From NCBI GenBank assembly GCA_903877165.1, contig CAIRCU010000032.1, positions 16,747 to 80,746 on the forward strand: a stretch of DNA of 64,000 nt. Direction: 5' to 3'. A program made the translations under genes and the position numbers. The stretch comes from Methanobacteriota archaeon (lineage in GTDB: Archaea > Thermoplasmatota > E2 > DHVEG-1). Position 1 is the first letter of the stretch, and the number at the start of each line of letters is the position of its first letter. Of this stretch, positions 18,641 through 27,946 are shown in pieces. The notes below the pieces were generated by a model that ran no database searches, was not told the origin of the DNA, and saw only the letters and a program-made list of their open reading frames with translations.

Positions 18641-19121
18641 AGAACGTCGATCCTTCAGTGGGGTTGGGTATAGGCTCAGGTTATTTGAGGATTTTGGACG
18701 GTGGCATCAGCCGTCTCTTAAAAAAAATCACTTGTGTTTTTTGTTCCGAAAGACCTTGCATCATCCATCGAAACATTCATTAACCATAATGAATATCATT
18801 GTCTGTTCTCTATGAGGCCATCGGATACCCGAATACCTAGGTGGAAGGCCTAAACCCGGCCCGTGCATTCGCCCCCATAGATGAGACACGAATTCTCCTT
18901 GGTTTTCCTTTGATTTGACTGTCTGCGTCTTCGGTGTAATTTACTTCTGTGGACATTGTACTTCTGAGGGGACCAAAGAGATAAGATGGAGGAAAGAAAA
19001 TGGAAGACAAATCCCGACACCAATTCGAGCACGACGCTCGAAACGCAAGAGAAGACACCCTAGGTGGTAATAGAAAGAAATATAACCATCGTTCGGCGCT
19101 CCTACATCGGAGAGGAACCCT

Positions 19122-19544
19122 ATGAACAAGACGGCAATGGCAGGAATCAGCCTGGTCCTAGTTGTCCTCCTCATCAGTATCCCCCTCATCTCGGCTGTTA
19201 CAGTGAGTACAGCAACCTCTATTCCTATCACCCTCGGCGAGAAGGGCGCCTTGCGTGAACTTCTACGTCACCGGTTTTTTCTGCTCACTGGACTCATCAT
19301 GTTCAAAATCGATCATCAGGCTGTCGACAAGCCGTTTGTCCTCTGGTTTCATCCCTTGTTGGCATTCAGGATTGGCGGCGGGCCGATCTATCATCGGCAC
19401 TTCCTTGGCCCAGGCAACCTCTGGTACATCGATGCCTCGAGATTCGCAGGCTACGGCATCATCATTCCCCCAAAGCTACTCTTCTCGCACGGCACTGATG
19501 AATATTGGCTAGGGATCGGCAGCATCCTCTTCACCGGAAGCTGA
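19122..19544 (+). CDS. hypothetical small membrane/secreted protein
   Basis: N-terminal hydrophobic signal-like segment. No recognisable domain. Confidence 0.3.
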   Translation: MNKTAMAGISLVLVVLLISIPLISAVTVSTATSIPITLGEKGALRELLRHRFFLLTGLIMFKIDHQAVDKPFVLWFHPLLAFRIGGGPIYHRHFLGPGNLWYIDASRFAGYGIIIPPKLLFSHGTDEYWLGIGSILFTGS

Positions 19545-19596
19545 CCACCTTTCTCTTTCTTTTTTTCTATTACAATCCTTTTAACCAAAGGTACTT

Positions 19597-20796
19597 ATGG
19601 ATTCACTGAATCATAGTGTCGCGCTGACCATGAAACTCAAACAACAACCCACTGATTTCATCGTCGAAGAACTACCATCCAAAACCTGGTCCCAGGACAA
19701 ACAAGCCCACGCCGTCTACCGCATGGAAAAACAAGACGTCGACACCTTCGACGCCATCCGGACCATCGCCAGAAGGCTACGCCTCCCGCAAGCAGAAATC
19801 GGGTACGCCGGCCTCAAGGACAAACACGCCAAAAGCACCCAATACATCACCCTGCCGGCCCACTGCAACATTGACACCATGCACCTCCCCGGCATCACCC
19901 TGCGGCGTGTCGGCTACCTGCCCCAGAAGATACAGATCGGCGACCTTCAAGCTAACTCTTTCACCATCGTCATCCGCGACCTCCGAGCCACCGACCTCCA
20001 ACCACTCCCACGCAGGCTTGACAGCATCCGCTCCGACGGCATCCCCAACTACTTTGACAGCCAGCGCTTCGGCAGCGTCATCGACGGCGTCTTCATCGCC
20101 AAACTCCTCATCCAAGGCAGAGACGAAGCCGCGGTCAAACAAGTCCTCACCGCGTACCAGAAGTCAGAGCCGAAAGCCGTCAAAGACGAGAAACGCCGCA
20201 TCGCCATCCATTGGAACCAGCTCGACACACTCAAGGTCACCGACCGGATCCTCTCCTACATCATCACCGAATACACCACCACACACAGTTGGCAGAAGGC
20301 GTACCTCAGAATCCCAGGGCACCTCCGAGAGATCCACGCGAACGCGTACCAAAGCTACCTCTGGAACGAGACCCTCAAGACACTCCTCCGAGCAACCGTC
20401 GACACCAAAAGACTCCTCCCCGTGGACTACGCCGCAGGAACCCTACTCTTCCCCATAGACCTCACCATACAAGAAAAACAAGTCCTCCCTCAGATCCTGT
20501 ACACCCCAAGCGAGACCGCACTCTACTCCGGCTTGGAGCTCACCGCGTTTAAAAAAACCCTCGCCTCAGAAGGCATATCCCAATCGGACCTCGCCAGGCT
20601 TGCAGCCTTCGATCAGTACCTCAAGGCACGACCACGAGACACCATCATCCTTCCAACAAACCTGACATCGTCTGAGCCGCAGCCAGACGACCTCAACACC
20701 ACGCCCCACGAGCAGCGCTGGAAACTCCAGATCTCCTTCACTCTCCCCAAAGGAAGCTACGCAACCATCGTCACCAAACGTCTCTTCGGACACTAA
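19597..20796 (+). CDS. truD: tRNA pseudouridine synthase TruD/Pus7 family
   Basis: QPTDFIVEE N-terminal motif and catalytic GYAGLKDKHAKSTQ (GxKD) motif. Confidence 0.75.
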   Translation: MDSLNHSVALTMKLKQQPTDFIVEELPSKTWSQDKQAHAVYRMEKQDVDTFDAIRTIARRLRLPQAEIGYAGLKDKHAKSTQYITLPAHCNIDTMHLPGITLRRVGYLPQKIQIGDLQANSFTIVIRDLRATDLQPLPRRLDSIRSDGIPNYFDSQRFGSVIDGVFIAKLLIQGRDEAAVKQVLTAYQKSEPKAVKDEKRRIAIHWNQLDTLKVTDRILSYIITEYTTTHSWQKAYLRIPGHLREIHANAYQSYLWNETLKTLLRATVDTKRLLPVDYAAGTLLFPIDLTIQEKQVLPQILYTPSETALYSGLELTAFKKTLASEGISQSDLARLAAFDQYLKARPRDTIILPTNLTSSEPQPDDLNTTPHEQRWKLQISFTLPKGSYATIVTKRLFGH

Positions 20797-20803
20797 TATA
20801 GAT

Positions 20804-21121
20804 TTAGAGATCAGGAATCAAAGCCCGACAGTTCTGCACCAGGAACTCGATCTCCTCTTTCGATGCGTTATCAACATGGATTCCGCCCACGGCGACGGTT
20901 GTCTGACGATACTTCTCACAGGCTGCCTGCGCGATTATCGTCAACACCACCGTATCGTAATGACCCGCAAGCGACAGCACCTGCGATTTCTTCCCGGGCT
21001 CGCACACGACAGCGCCACCCACGTGCGGACGCTCACCACCACTAAGAATATAGAGCAGGTCCGAGCCGATAGATTGCTTCTTCACCCAGACCCGGTACTT
21101 CCCCTTACCTGAGGTAATCAT
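20804..21121 (-). CDS. hypothetical protein (105 aa) co-oriented with and overlapping the end of the UbiD-like gene
   Basis: ORF with native codon usage. Start overlaps the stop of 21105..22415. No recognisable motif. Confidence 0.3.
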   Translation of the reverse strand: MITSGKGKYRVWVKKQSIGSDLLYILSGGERPHVGGAVVCEPGKKSQVLSLAGHYDTVVLTIIAQAACEKYRQTTVAVGGIHVDNASKEEIEFLVQNCRALIPDL

Positions 21122-22415
21122 CCAGCCTCACAGGCTTGTACCGCACGACTTCGTACTTGCTTTTATCAACGCCCGCGGGAATCGTCGCATCCACACCGAC
21201 CTTCGAGGTCAGCGTCTTCTTGCCCTCCTCGTGCTTCGCGGAAGGGTCAAGGGAACTCCCAGGCTGATCGGCCTTCACCACGAGGTCCTTGTCGCCTTGG
21301 AATCGGGTCGCTATAGCCCATTCCACTGCAGTCGGACTGTAAATATCCACATCTGCATCCAAGACCACCACGTGCTTCATGCTCTTATGGCCGATGAACG
21401 CCGCCTCGATAGCCTTCTTCCCATCATCAGGACTGCGTTTCTCGATCTGCACGATGCCATGCAGCCACGAGCCGCCACCAAGGGTGATCAACACGTTCTT
21501 ACAGGTAGCCACTTTGCTGACCTCGTCGTAGATCGTCGGCTCCTTGGGCATCCCCATGAGGTTCTTATGCTCAAGACGCCCGGGTATGAGCGCCTGGTAC
21601 ATCGGATCCTTGCGATGCGTGATGCAATCCACAACAAAGACTGGTTCTTTGCGTTCGAAATCCCGCGTCTCCGTCAGATCCAAAAACGGACCCTCAGAAC
21701 CGACTTCCTTGGTCAACCGGCCTTCGATGACGAACTCGGACTCCGCAGGCACCTCAAGGTCCTTAGTCACGCACTTCACCATGGTCATCGAATCAAGAGC
21801 ATTCGCAATAGAGAACTCATCCACACCGGAGGGAGGACTCAGTGATGCAGCGACCATGACCGGCACAGAGCTCCCGATGCAGACCGCAAACTCCGTGTCC
21901 CCCGTGTTCTTGTCGTAGGTCGTGCGCGTCTGCCGGCCCTTGATCAACCGCGCCGTGAAACGGTCCTTACCTCGTTTCATGAGACGATGGTACGAGGCGT
22001 TCCGCCCGGTCTGCGGATCCTTCACAGTCGAGACGGTCGCAGTCGCATAGTATCCACCATCACCAGGTAAATGGAACAACAACGGCAGGTCGTCGAGGTC
22101 CGGGGTCTTCACCACAACCTCCTGGCACGGCGCCTTCGTTCCCACCGCTGGGAGCTTCGGATGCCGCAGCGCGCTCACCAGCAGCGGCAGCAGCTCTTCT
22201 TTCTTGACGCCGAACGCCTCAGCGATGATGTCACGGTTCGATGTGATCCCACCGAACACCGGGTACTTCGATCCAGCGACACGGTCGAAGATCACCGGCT
22301 GCTCACCAAGGGTGTTCATGATGTTGGCGATCTCGTACTTCGTGGAGACCTCCTTTTTGATTCGGACGAGTTTGCCCTCGCGCTCAAGCTGCGCTAGGAA
22401 CGGCCGCAGATGCAT
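21105..22415 (-). CDS. UbiD-family decarboxylase, candidate trans-anhydromevalonate-5-phosphate decarboxylase
   Basis: UbiD-like layout with SEGPFLDLTE segment. Start overlaps the mevalonate kinase stop. AcnX dehydratase pair lies 3 kb away. Confidence 0.6.
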   Translation of the reverse strand: MHLRPFLAQLEREGKLVRIKKEVSTKYEIANIMNTLGEQPVIFDRVAGSKYPVFGGITSNRDIIAEAFGVKKEELLPLLVSALRHPKLPAVGTKAPCQEVVVKTPDLDDLPLLFHLPGDGGYYATATVSTVKDPQTGRNASYHRLMKRGKDRFTARLIKGRQTRTTYDKNTGDTEFAVCIGSSVPVMVAASLSPPSGVDEFSIANALDSMTMVKCVTKDLEVPAESEFVIEGRLTKEVGSEGPFLDLTETRDFERKEPVFVVDCITHRKDPMYQALIPGRLEHKNLMGMPKEPTIYDEVSKVATCKNVLITLGGGSWLHGIVQIEKRSPDDGKKAIEAAFIGHKSMKHVVVLDADVDIYSPTAVEWAIATRFQGDKDLVVKADQPGSSLDPSAKHEEGKKTLTSKVGVDATIPAGVDKSKYEVVRYKPVRLDDYLR

Positions 22416-23374
22416 TATTCCACCTCAGCATGGGACATCCCGATGATCGTCTTGATCGTCTGGAAGCCCTCTTTTTCTATTGCGTTGGCGACGCGCTCCT
22501 GCACCGACTTCCCAGGGGTCAAGGCGATAATGTTACCACCGAGGCCACCGCCGGTGAGCTTCGCACCCAGCGCCCCGCACTTCACCGCGACCTGCACCAA
22601 GAAATCCAGTTCTCGGCTGCTCACCTCGATCTGCTGCAGGAGCCGATGGTTCTCGTTCATGAGCTTCCCGACCTCCTTATAATCGCCCTCCTCAAGCGCC
22701 CGGCGCGCGAGGTACGTAATGTTCTCCGCACGGCCGAAGATCTCGCCATATTTCTTCGCGTTCTTCTCCTTGCGGTCCTTCACGCCTGCGACCGCGGCCT
22801 GAGTGTTGGCGACCTTGCCGGTGTTCCCTATAACGATCTCCACCGGGGTGGATACCGAGATCTTCTCGATGACGTTCGGCTCACCTTTCTGGAACCAGAT
22901 CAAACCACCGAAGGTGGATGCGGTGTTATCGACACCGGAGGGCGTCCCATGGTAGCCTTTCTCACCTTCAAATGCGATATCGTTAATCTCCTCGTCGGAG
23001 AGCTTCATATTATAATACTCTGAGAGCGCACGGGCGACGGCTACGCAGGAGGCAGCGCTCGCACCGATGCCGCTGGAGGCCACCAGGTTGCCATCCAGGA
23101 TGATCTTAATGCCCTTGCTGGAGAGGTCGATGTTCATCTTCCGCAACATCTTGTTCAGCGAGTCGATCTGCTGGTCTTTCTTATCCTCCTTGTACTTCGG
23201 GGTCGCCGGGCGCAGGTCCTCCAGCTGGTACTGCGGTTTAGGGGAGGGCTCGATACGCGCCCTGGTGTACTGGCCGATAGCCGAGACGATCGAGGGAATG
23301 CCGTAGACGACGAAATGCTCGTTGAACAGAATAGCCTTTCCAAAGCCGATGCCTTGTCCTTTCATTCGAATCAC
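22415..23374 (-). CDS. mvk: mevalonate kinase (GHMP kinase)
   Basis: GKAILFNEHFVVYG N-terminal mevalonate-kinase motif. GHMP ATP-binding loop SSGIGASAAS. C-terminal KLTGGGLGG. Confidence 0.75.
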   Translation of the reverse strand: MIRMKGQGIGFGKAILFNEHFVVYGIPSIVSAIGQYTRARIEPSPKPQYQLEDLRPATPKYKEDKKDQQIDSLNKMLRKMNIDLSSKGIKIILDGNLVASSGIGASAASCVAVARALSEYYNMKLSDEEINDIAFEGEKGYHGTPSGVDNTASTFGGLIWFQKGEPNVIEKISVSTPVEIVIGNTGKVANTQAAVAGVKDRKEKNAKKYGEIFGRAENITYLARRALEEGDYKEVGKLMNENHRLLQQIEVSSRELDFLVQVAVKCGALGAKLTGGGLGGNIIALTPGKSVQERVANAIEKEGFQTIKTIIGMSHAEVE

Positions 23375-23423
23375 AAGTTTCTTCCCAGGGTTTCGGGTGA
23401 ATACCTCAAGAAGCTTATTATGT

Positions 23424-23960
23424 TTATGGGCCGGGACTCGGGTTTTCTCCTAGGCAGAGAGTACAATACTGTCGCATGGAGCAGTGACGGCAGCGGTGCG
23501 GGTCGTCATGGTTCAACGTCACCTTCCCTGTCCGCAACACCCGGCGCATCCGTTCCATGGATAATTCCAGGGAGTACCGCAGGCCAGGGTCGAACGGGAT
23601 CCTGGTCGGCTCCCGGTTGAGGACGAGGATGCCGTACGGGACGAACTCACCCGACGTCTCTTCGAGGAGCTGGCAGTAGGCGGCCAGCTGCAGGACATGG
23701 CTGGGCTGCGGATGCGGGTGATGGCCGCTCTTGACTTCCACGGGGACGAGGTGGCCGTCCTGACGCAGGATGTAGTCGGGTTTGCCTGCGAGCTGCAGGC
23801 GCGGCGAGAACAAGGGCTCGGCTGGGACCGTGAGGTCCGAGTAGAGGAGGGTGCCGGTGGGGATGCCCTCGTGGTCTTTCGTGGCTTGGAGGCGGCGGCG
23901 CAGGAGGCGGGCATAAACAAGGATGGTGAGACCGAGGACAACAAGCACGAGGGGCAACAA
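23424..23960 (-). CDS. Cas4-like PD-(D/E)XK nuclease, C-terminal part (motifs II, III, QxxxY and CX2CX5C cluster), begins with a TM helix
   Basis: GKPDYIL (motif II), VPVEVKSG (ExK), QLAAYCQLL (QxxxY), CRHCSMRQYC. TTG start in the track. Immediately follows 23966..24301 in a different frame. Confidence 0.55.
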   Translation of the reverse strand: MLPLVLVVLGLTILVYARLLRRRLQATKDHEGIPTGTLLYSDLTVPAEPLFSPRLQLAGKPDYILRQDGHLVPVEVKSGHHPHPQPSHVLQLAAYCQLLEETSGEFVPYGILVLNREPTRIPFDPGLRYSLELSMERMRRVLRTGKVTLNHDDPHRCRHCSMRQYCTLCLGENPSPGP

Positions 23961-23965
23961 TAAAT

Positions 23966-24301
23966 CTATAGGATCACCCCCAAAAGGAATATAAGGAGGG
24001 CGAGGAGCAGGATGAGCAGGCCGGCCGCAACCATTCGTGAGGCGCGGTGCTCATGGCTTTGGACGCGGTCGAGGGTCCCGCCGAGCTCATGATGCACCTG
24101 GGTCCCGTGCTCCAGAGCCGGGGAATCGGGTACGTGGCCGCAGCGCTGCAGGTACCAGGCGTTCGCACAATAGGTGTACTGGCCGATTTCGGAGGCGCTG
24201 AGGACCGGTGAAGTCCGTTGCGGGCGGGTTCCCATCAAGGATAGTGTAACGAGATGAGTGTATTTAATCCGGGGTTGGGGGTCAGCGAAAGTAAAAACCA
24301 T
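23966..24301 (-). CDS. Cas4-like nuclease, N-terminal part (Cys motif and motif I), ends with a TM helix
   Basis: SASEIGQYTYCANAWYLQRCG and GTQVHHELGG match the Cas4/DUF83 N-terminus. C-terminal tail is MVAAGLLILLLALLIFLLGVIL. Confidence 0.5.
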   Translation of the reverse strand: MVFTFADPQPRIKYTHLVTLSLMGTRPQRTSPVLSASEIGQYTYCANAWYLQRCGHVPDSPALEHGTQVHHELGGTLDRVQSHEHRASRMVAAGLLILLLALLIFLLGVIL

Positions 24302-24385
24302 GGTTCTCCGAGAAGTTTGGTAATTCCCAAACGTTTTCAGACACTATATAAGGCATCTTGGACATAGCAGTGGTAGTGATTCCCC

Positions 24386-26374
24386 ATGTCTAACGCAAGA
24401 ACCAAACTGCAAGCCGTCCTTTTCGTCGGCCTGCTGGTATGCGCAAGCCTCGCACTCCTGTTGACTTTCACCTCGGTGCCCTCAGCCGGGAAGTACACCT
24501 ACGCCCTGAACAGCTTCAAATCCTATGACGACCTCCTGGCGTTCTTGCGGCAGCGGGCGAGCACTGCAGGCGACCGCGAAGCCCTTTACACAAGTAAGAA
24601 CACCCTTGATGGCGCGGCGACCGGGAACGTCGCAGTGCCGCAGAGCACTGCAACATCGTCTCCGAGTCACTCCTCGACTAACGTCCAGGTCGCGGGCGTC
24701 GACGAACCCGACACCGTGAAGACTGACGGGACCTATATCTACACGCTTTCGAACAACACGATCTTCATCCTGCAAGCCTACCCCGCCACCGACGCAGCGA
24801 TCGTCGGCCGGATCACCCTGGATGAGAACCACTCCGCGCAGTCGTTCTTCGTCAACGGCGACCGGCTCATCGTCTTCTGCTCCGGCGGCTTCTACTACCC
24901 GGTCCTCTACGATGGAGTCATGAAGACCACCGAATCGCTCAACAGACCCTGGTACGGCAACAGCGGTGAGATGTCGATCCTTGTCTACGACCTCGGCGAC
25001 CGCGCCAGCCCTTCACTATCCAAAGAAGTGAAGATGGATGGGTACTTCTCCGATGCCCGCATGATCGGCTCCTACGTCTACGTCGTCTCCACGACCCCGA
25101 CATACATGATCTACAGCGAGCAGAACGGCAACGAGACCCTCCGAGTCCCCACGATCACCATCGACGGCCAAAGCCAGAACATCACCCCAAACGACATCTA
25201 TTACGTGGACGTCCCTGAGCTAGCAGACTCCATGACCCATGTCCTCAGCCTGAACCTCGACACAAGCGAAGTCAACGATAAAAGCTTCATGCTCGGCAGC
25301 TCCCAGACCATGTACGTCTCCCAGAACAACATCTACCTGGCGACCAGCCACTGGCCCGTCGTCCCCCTGGCCGTAGACAACACCGCCAGCTCCTCGGACA
25401 CCGAGACCACGGTCTTGCACAAGATCGCGATCAACGCCAGCTCCATCGACTATGTCGCCCAGGGCGAAGTCCCAGGCCACATCCTCAACCAGTTCGCGAT
25501 GGACGAGTACAACGGCTACTTCCGTATTGCAACTACTGAAGGCTACTACAACGGCGACACCTACCAGACCACCAACAACGTCTACATCCTCGACGCCAAC
25601 CTCAAAGAAGTCTCCTCACTCAAGAACATCGCCCCCGGCGAATCCATCTACGCAGTCCGGTTCCTCGGCGATCGCGCTTACCTCGTCACCTTCGTCGAAA
25701 TCGACCCGCTCTTTGCCTTGGACCTCTCGGACCCCCAAAACCCCCAGATCCTCGGCGAACTGAAGATCCCCGGGTACTCCACCTACCTGCACCCCTATGA
25801 CGAGACCCACATCATCGGCATCGGCCGCGACGTCAACCGCAGCATCGACGCGGACAAGATCCACACCCCAGGCGCCGTCTACTACACCGCAGTCCAGGGC
25901 CTCAAGCTCGCGCTCTTCGACGTCTCCGACATCACCAACCCCGTGGAAGAAGCCTCGGTCACCATCGGCGACCGCGGCACGGACAGCCCCGCTCTCTACG
26001 ACCACCATGCCTTCCTCTTCGACCGCGAGAAGAACCTGCTCGTCATCCCCGTAAGCCTCTACGAGATCCCGCAGAAGACCCTCAGCACCCTCAACGACAG
26101 CAACGCCACCGAACTCCTCCCGGACTGGGGGCAGTTCACCTTCCAGGGCGCGTACGTCTACCACCTGACCATAGAGAACGGTTTCCAGCTCCAAGGACGG
26201 ATCACCCACCAGGACGACACCCAGCCCACCAACGACTGGTACTGGGGCTACAGCAACACGGACATCACCAGGTCGCTGTACATCGGCAACATCCTGTACA
26301 CCGTCTCCCAAAGCAAGGTCAAGGCCAACAGCCTCGACGACCTGCAGGAGCTCGCCAGCATCAGGCTCGCCTAA
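24386..26374 (+). CDS. secreted beta-propeller domain protein (Beta_propel/PF09826-like)
   Basis: Signal/TM at N-terminus. VKTDGTYIYTL early motif. IYAVRFLGDRAYLVTFVEIDPLFALDLSDPQNPQILGELKIPGYSTYLHPYDETHIIGIG segment characteristic of that family. Confidence 0.5.
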   Translation: MSNARTKLQAVLFVGLLVCASLALLLTFTSVPSAGKYTYALNSFKSYDDLLAFLRQRASTAGDREALYTSKNTLDGAATGNVAVPQSTATSSPSHSSTNVQVAGVDEPDTVKTDGTYIYTLSNNTIFILQAYPATDAAIVGRITLDENHSAQSFFVNGDRLIVFCSGGFYYPVLYDGVMKTTESLNRPWYGNSGEMSILVYDLGDRASPSLSKEVKMDGYFSDARMIGSYVYVVSTTPTYMIYSEQNGNETLRVPTITIDGQSQNITPNDIYYVDVPELADSMTHVLSLNLDTSEVNDKSFMLGSSQTMYVSQNNIYLATSHWPVVPLAVDNTASSSDTETTVLHKIAINASSIDYVAQGEVPGHILNQFAMDEYNGYFRIATTEGYYNGDTYQTTNNVYILDANLKEVSSLKNIAPGESIYAVRFLGDRAYLVTFVEIDPLFALDLSDPQNPQILGELKIPGYSTYLHPYDETHIIGIGRDVNRSIDADKIHTPGAVYYTAVQGLKLALFDVSDITNPVEEASVTIGDRGTDSPALYDHHAFLFDREKNLLVIPVSLYEIPQKTLSTLNDSNATELLPDWGQFTFQGAYVYHLTIENGFQLQGRITHQDDTQPTNDWYWGYSNTDITRSLYIGNILYTVSQSKVKANSLDDLQELASIRLA

Positions 26375-26488
26375 CCACAAAGGAAAGGCGCTTCCTTCCC
26401 CAGGTGAGAGGGGGACAATCCTCTCTTTCTCCTCCTTTCCTCAACTCCCCTCTCACCTCCCATTTTTTCATCCCCTCCTGGGTCCACC

Positions 26489-26496
26489 GATATCGT
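26489..26496 (+). promoter_or_regulatory. putative TATA box (ttttataa) upstream of the aminotransferase gene
   Basis: gttttataagg motif ~70 nt upstream of ATG 26567. The same motif recurs upstream of trm11 at 33957. Confidence 0.3.
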
Positions 26497-26566
26497 TTTA
26501 TAAGGCAGAATGATAACAACAAACCACCAGGCCCCCAGGACGGCCTGTTTTCCAGGGTGACCCATC

Positions 26567-27886
26567 ATGCCGATTCGACCCACAGAAGTCCACCAGGTTC
26601 TCTCCAAGTACATGCTTGCGGACGGCTTCGACCTCGTCCTCGACCTGCGGAAAAGCCATGGCTGCCAGCTCTACGACTCCAGACACGGCAAATACCTCCT
26701 GGACTGCTTCTCGTTCTTCGGCACCGCCCCACTCGGCTGCAACCACCCGAAGATGACTGACCCAGCGTTCATCAAGAAAATGGGGGAAGTCGCGGTCAAC
26801 AACCCCTCCAACTCCGACGTCTACACCGTGGAGATGGCCGAGTTCGTCCACACGTTCTCCTCGATCGCCGTGCCCAAGCACTTCGAGCACCTCTTCTTCA
26901 TCAGCGGCGGCGCGCTTGCCGTCGAAAACGGACTCAAGGTCGCATTCGACTGGAAGGTCCGCAAGAACATCGCCGCGGACAAGGGCGAGAAAGGATCCCA
27001 GATCATCCACTTCAAGGACGCGTTCCACGGTCGGACCGGGTACACCGTGTCCATGACCAACACCTTCAACCTGAACAAGACCAAGTACTTCGCGAAATTC
27101 TCCTGGCCGCGCATCGACAACCCCAAGATTGTGTTCCCGATGACAGGGAAGAACCTTGAAGACGTGAAGCGGCGGGAGGCCGCTGCCCTTGACCAGATCC
27201 AGACCGCCATTCAGCAGAATCCGGATGACATCGCCGGGCTCATCATCGAACCGATCCAGTCCGAAGGCGGGGACAACCATTTCCGCCAGGAGTTTTTCCA
27301 CGCGCTCCGAAAGATATGTGACGAGCACGACATCATGTTCATCCTCGATGAGGTGCAGTCTGGCGTCGGCCTGACGGGTAAGATGTGGGCGTACCAGCAT
27401 TTCGGTTTCGAGCCAGACATCGTCGCGTTCGGCAAGAAGATGCAGGTCTGCGGCATCATGGTCAGCGACCGCGTCGACGAGGTGAAGGATAACGTCTTCC
27501 AGGTCCCCAGCCGGATCAACTCCACCTGGGGCGGTAACCTGGCGGACATGGTCCGCGCGCAGAAGTTCCTCGAGATCATCAAGGAGGAGCGGCTCGTCGA
27601 GAAGGCAGCGCAGAACGGCGTGCCCCTGCTGAAGGGACTTGAGGAGCTTCGGGTGAAGCACCCGGAGATGGTCTCCAACGTCCGCGGCCGTGGGCTGATG
27701 TGTGCCTTTGATCTACCGTCGGCGGAGCAGCGGGATGCGTTGAAAAAGAACCTGTATGAGAACGGAGTCGTTATCCTGGGCTGCGGCAGTAAGTCGATCC
27801 GGTTCCGGCCTCCGTTGACGATTGCTGAGGATGAGTTGAACGTGGCCCTGTCTGCCATCGATCACAGCATCAAAATCCTCGCCTAA
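26567..27886 (+). CDS. class III PLP aminotransferase, L-lysine 6-aminotransferase-like
   Basis: N-terminal VHQVLSKYMLADGFDLVLDL...GCQLYD pattern typical of LAT. Class III fold length. Confidence 0.65.
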   Translation: MPIRPTEVHQVLSKYMLADGFDLVLDLRKSHGCQLYDSRHGKYLLDCFSFFGTAPLGCNHPKMTDPAFIKKMGEVAVNNPSNSDVYTVEMAEFVHTFSSIAVPKHFEHLFFISGGALAVENGLKVAFDWKVRKNIAADKGEKGSQIIHFKDAFHGRTGYTVSMTNTFNLNKTKYFAKFSWPRIDNPKIVFPMTGKNLEDVKRREAAALDQIQTAIQQNPDDIAGLIIEPIQSEGGDNHFRQEFFHALRKICDEHDIMFILDEVQSGVGLTGKMWAYQHFGFEPDIVAFGKKMQVCGIMVSDRVDEVKDNVFQVPSRINSTWGGNLADMVRAQKFLEIIKEERLVEKAAQNGVPLLKGLEELRVKHPEMVSNVRGRGLMCAFDLPSAEQRDALKKNLYENGVVILGCGSKSIRFRPPLTIAEDELNVALSAIDHSIKILA

Positions 27887-27946
27887 AACAGGTACCTTAC
27901 AACAAGATGTTCTTGTTTTTCTTAGACTCATGGAGCCGGCAGTCTA

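Noticed and set aside
18641-19121. Possible SRP RNA or RNase P RNA in the long intergenic region
   Set aside because: I could not find the conserved SRP domain IV or RNase P P4 (GGAAAGUCCGG-like) signatures by eye. Left as a low-confidence finding rather than a feature.
19871-20458. 195-aa Ser/Thr/Pro-rich ORF overlapping truD in another frame
   Set aside because: Alternate-frame artefact. truD has conserved GxKD and N-terminal motifs.
25616-26380. 254-aa minus-strand ORF antisense to the beta-propeller gene
   Set aside because: Gly/Val/Asp-rich low-complexity antisense artefact. The sense strand has a coherent secreted-protein architecture.
26498-27661. 387-aa minus-strand ORF antisense to the aminotransferase gene
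   Set aside because: Low-complexity Leu/Asp/Val-rich translation typical of antisense frames in high-GC coding DNA. The plus-strand gene has clear class III aminotransferase homology.
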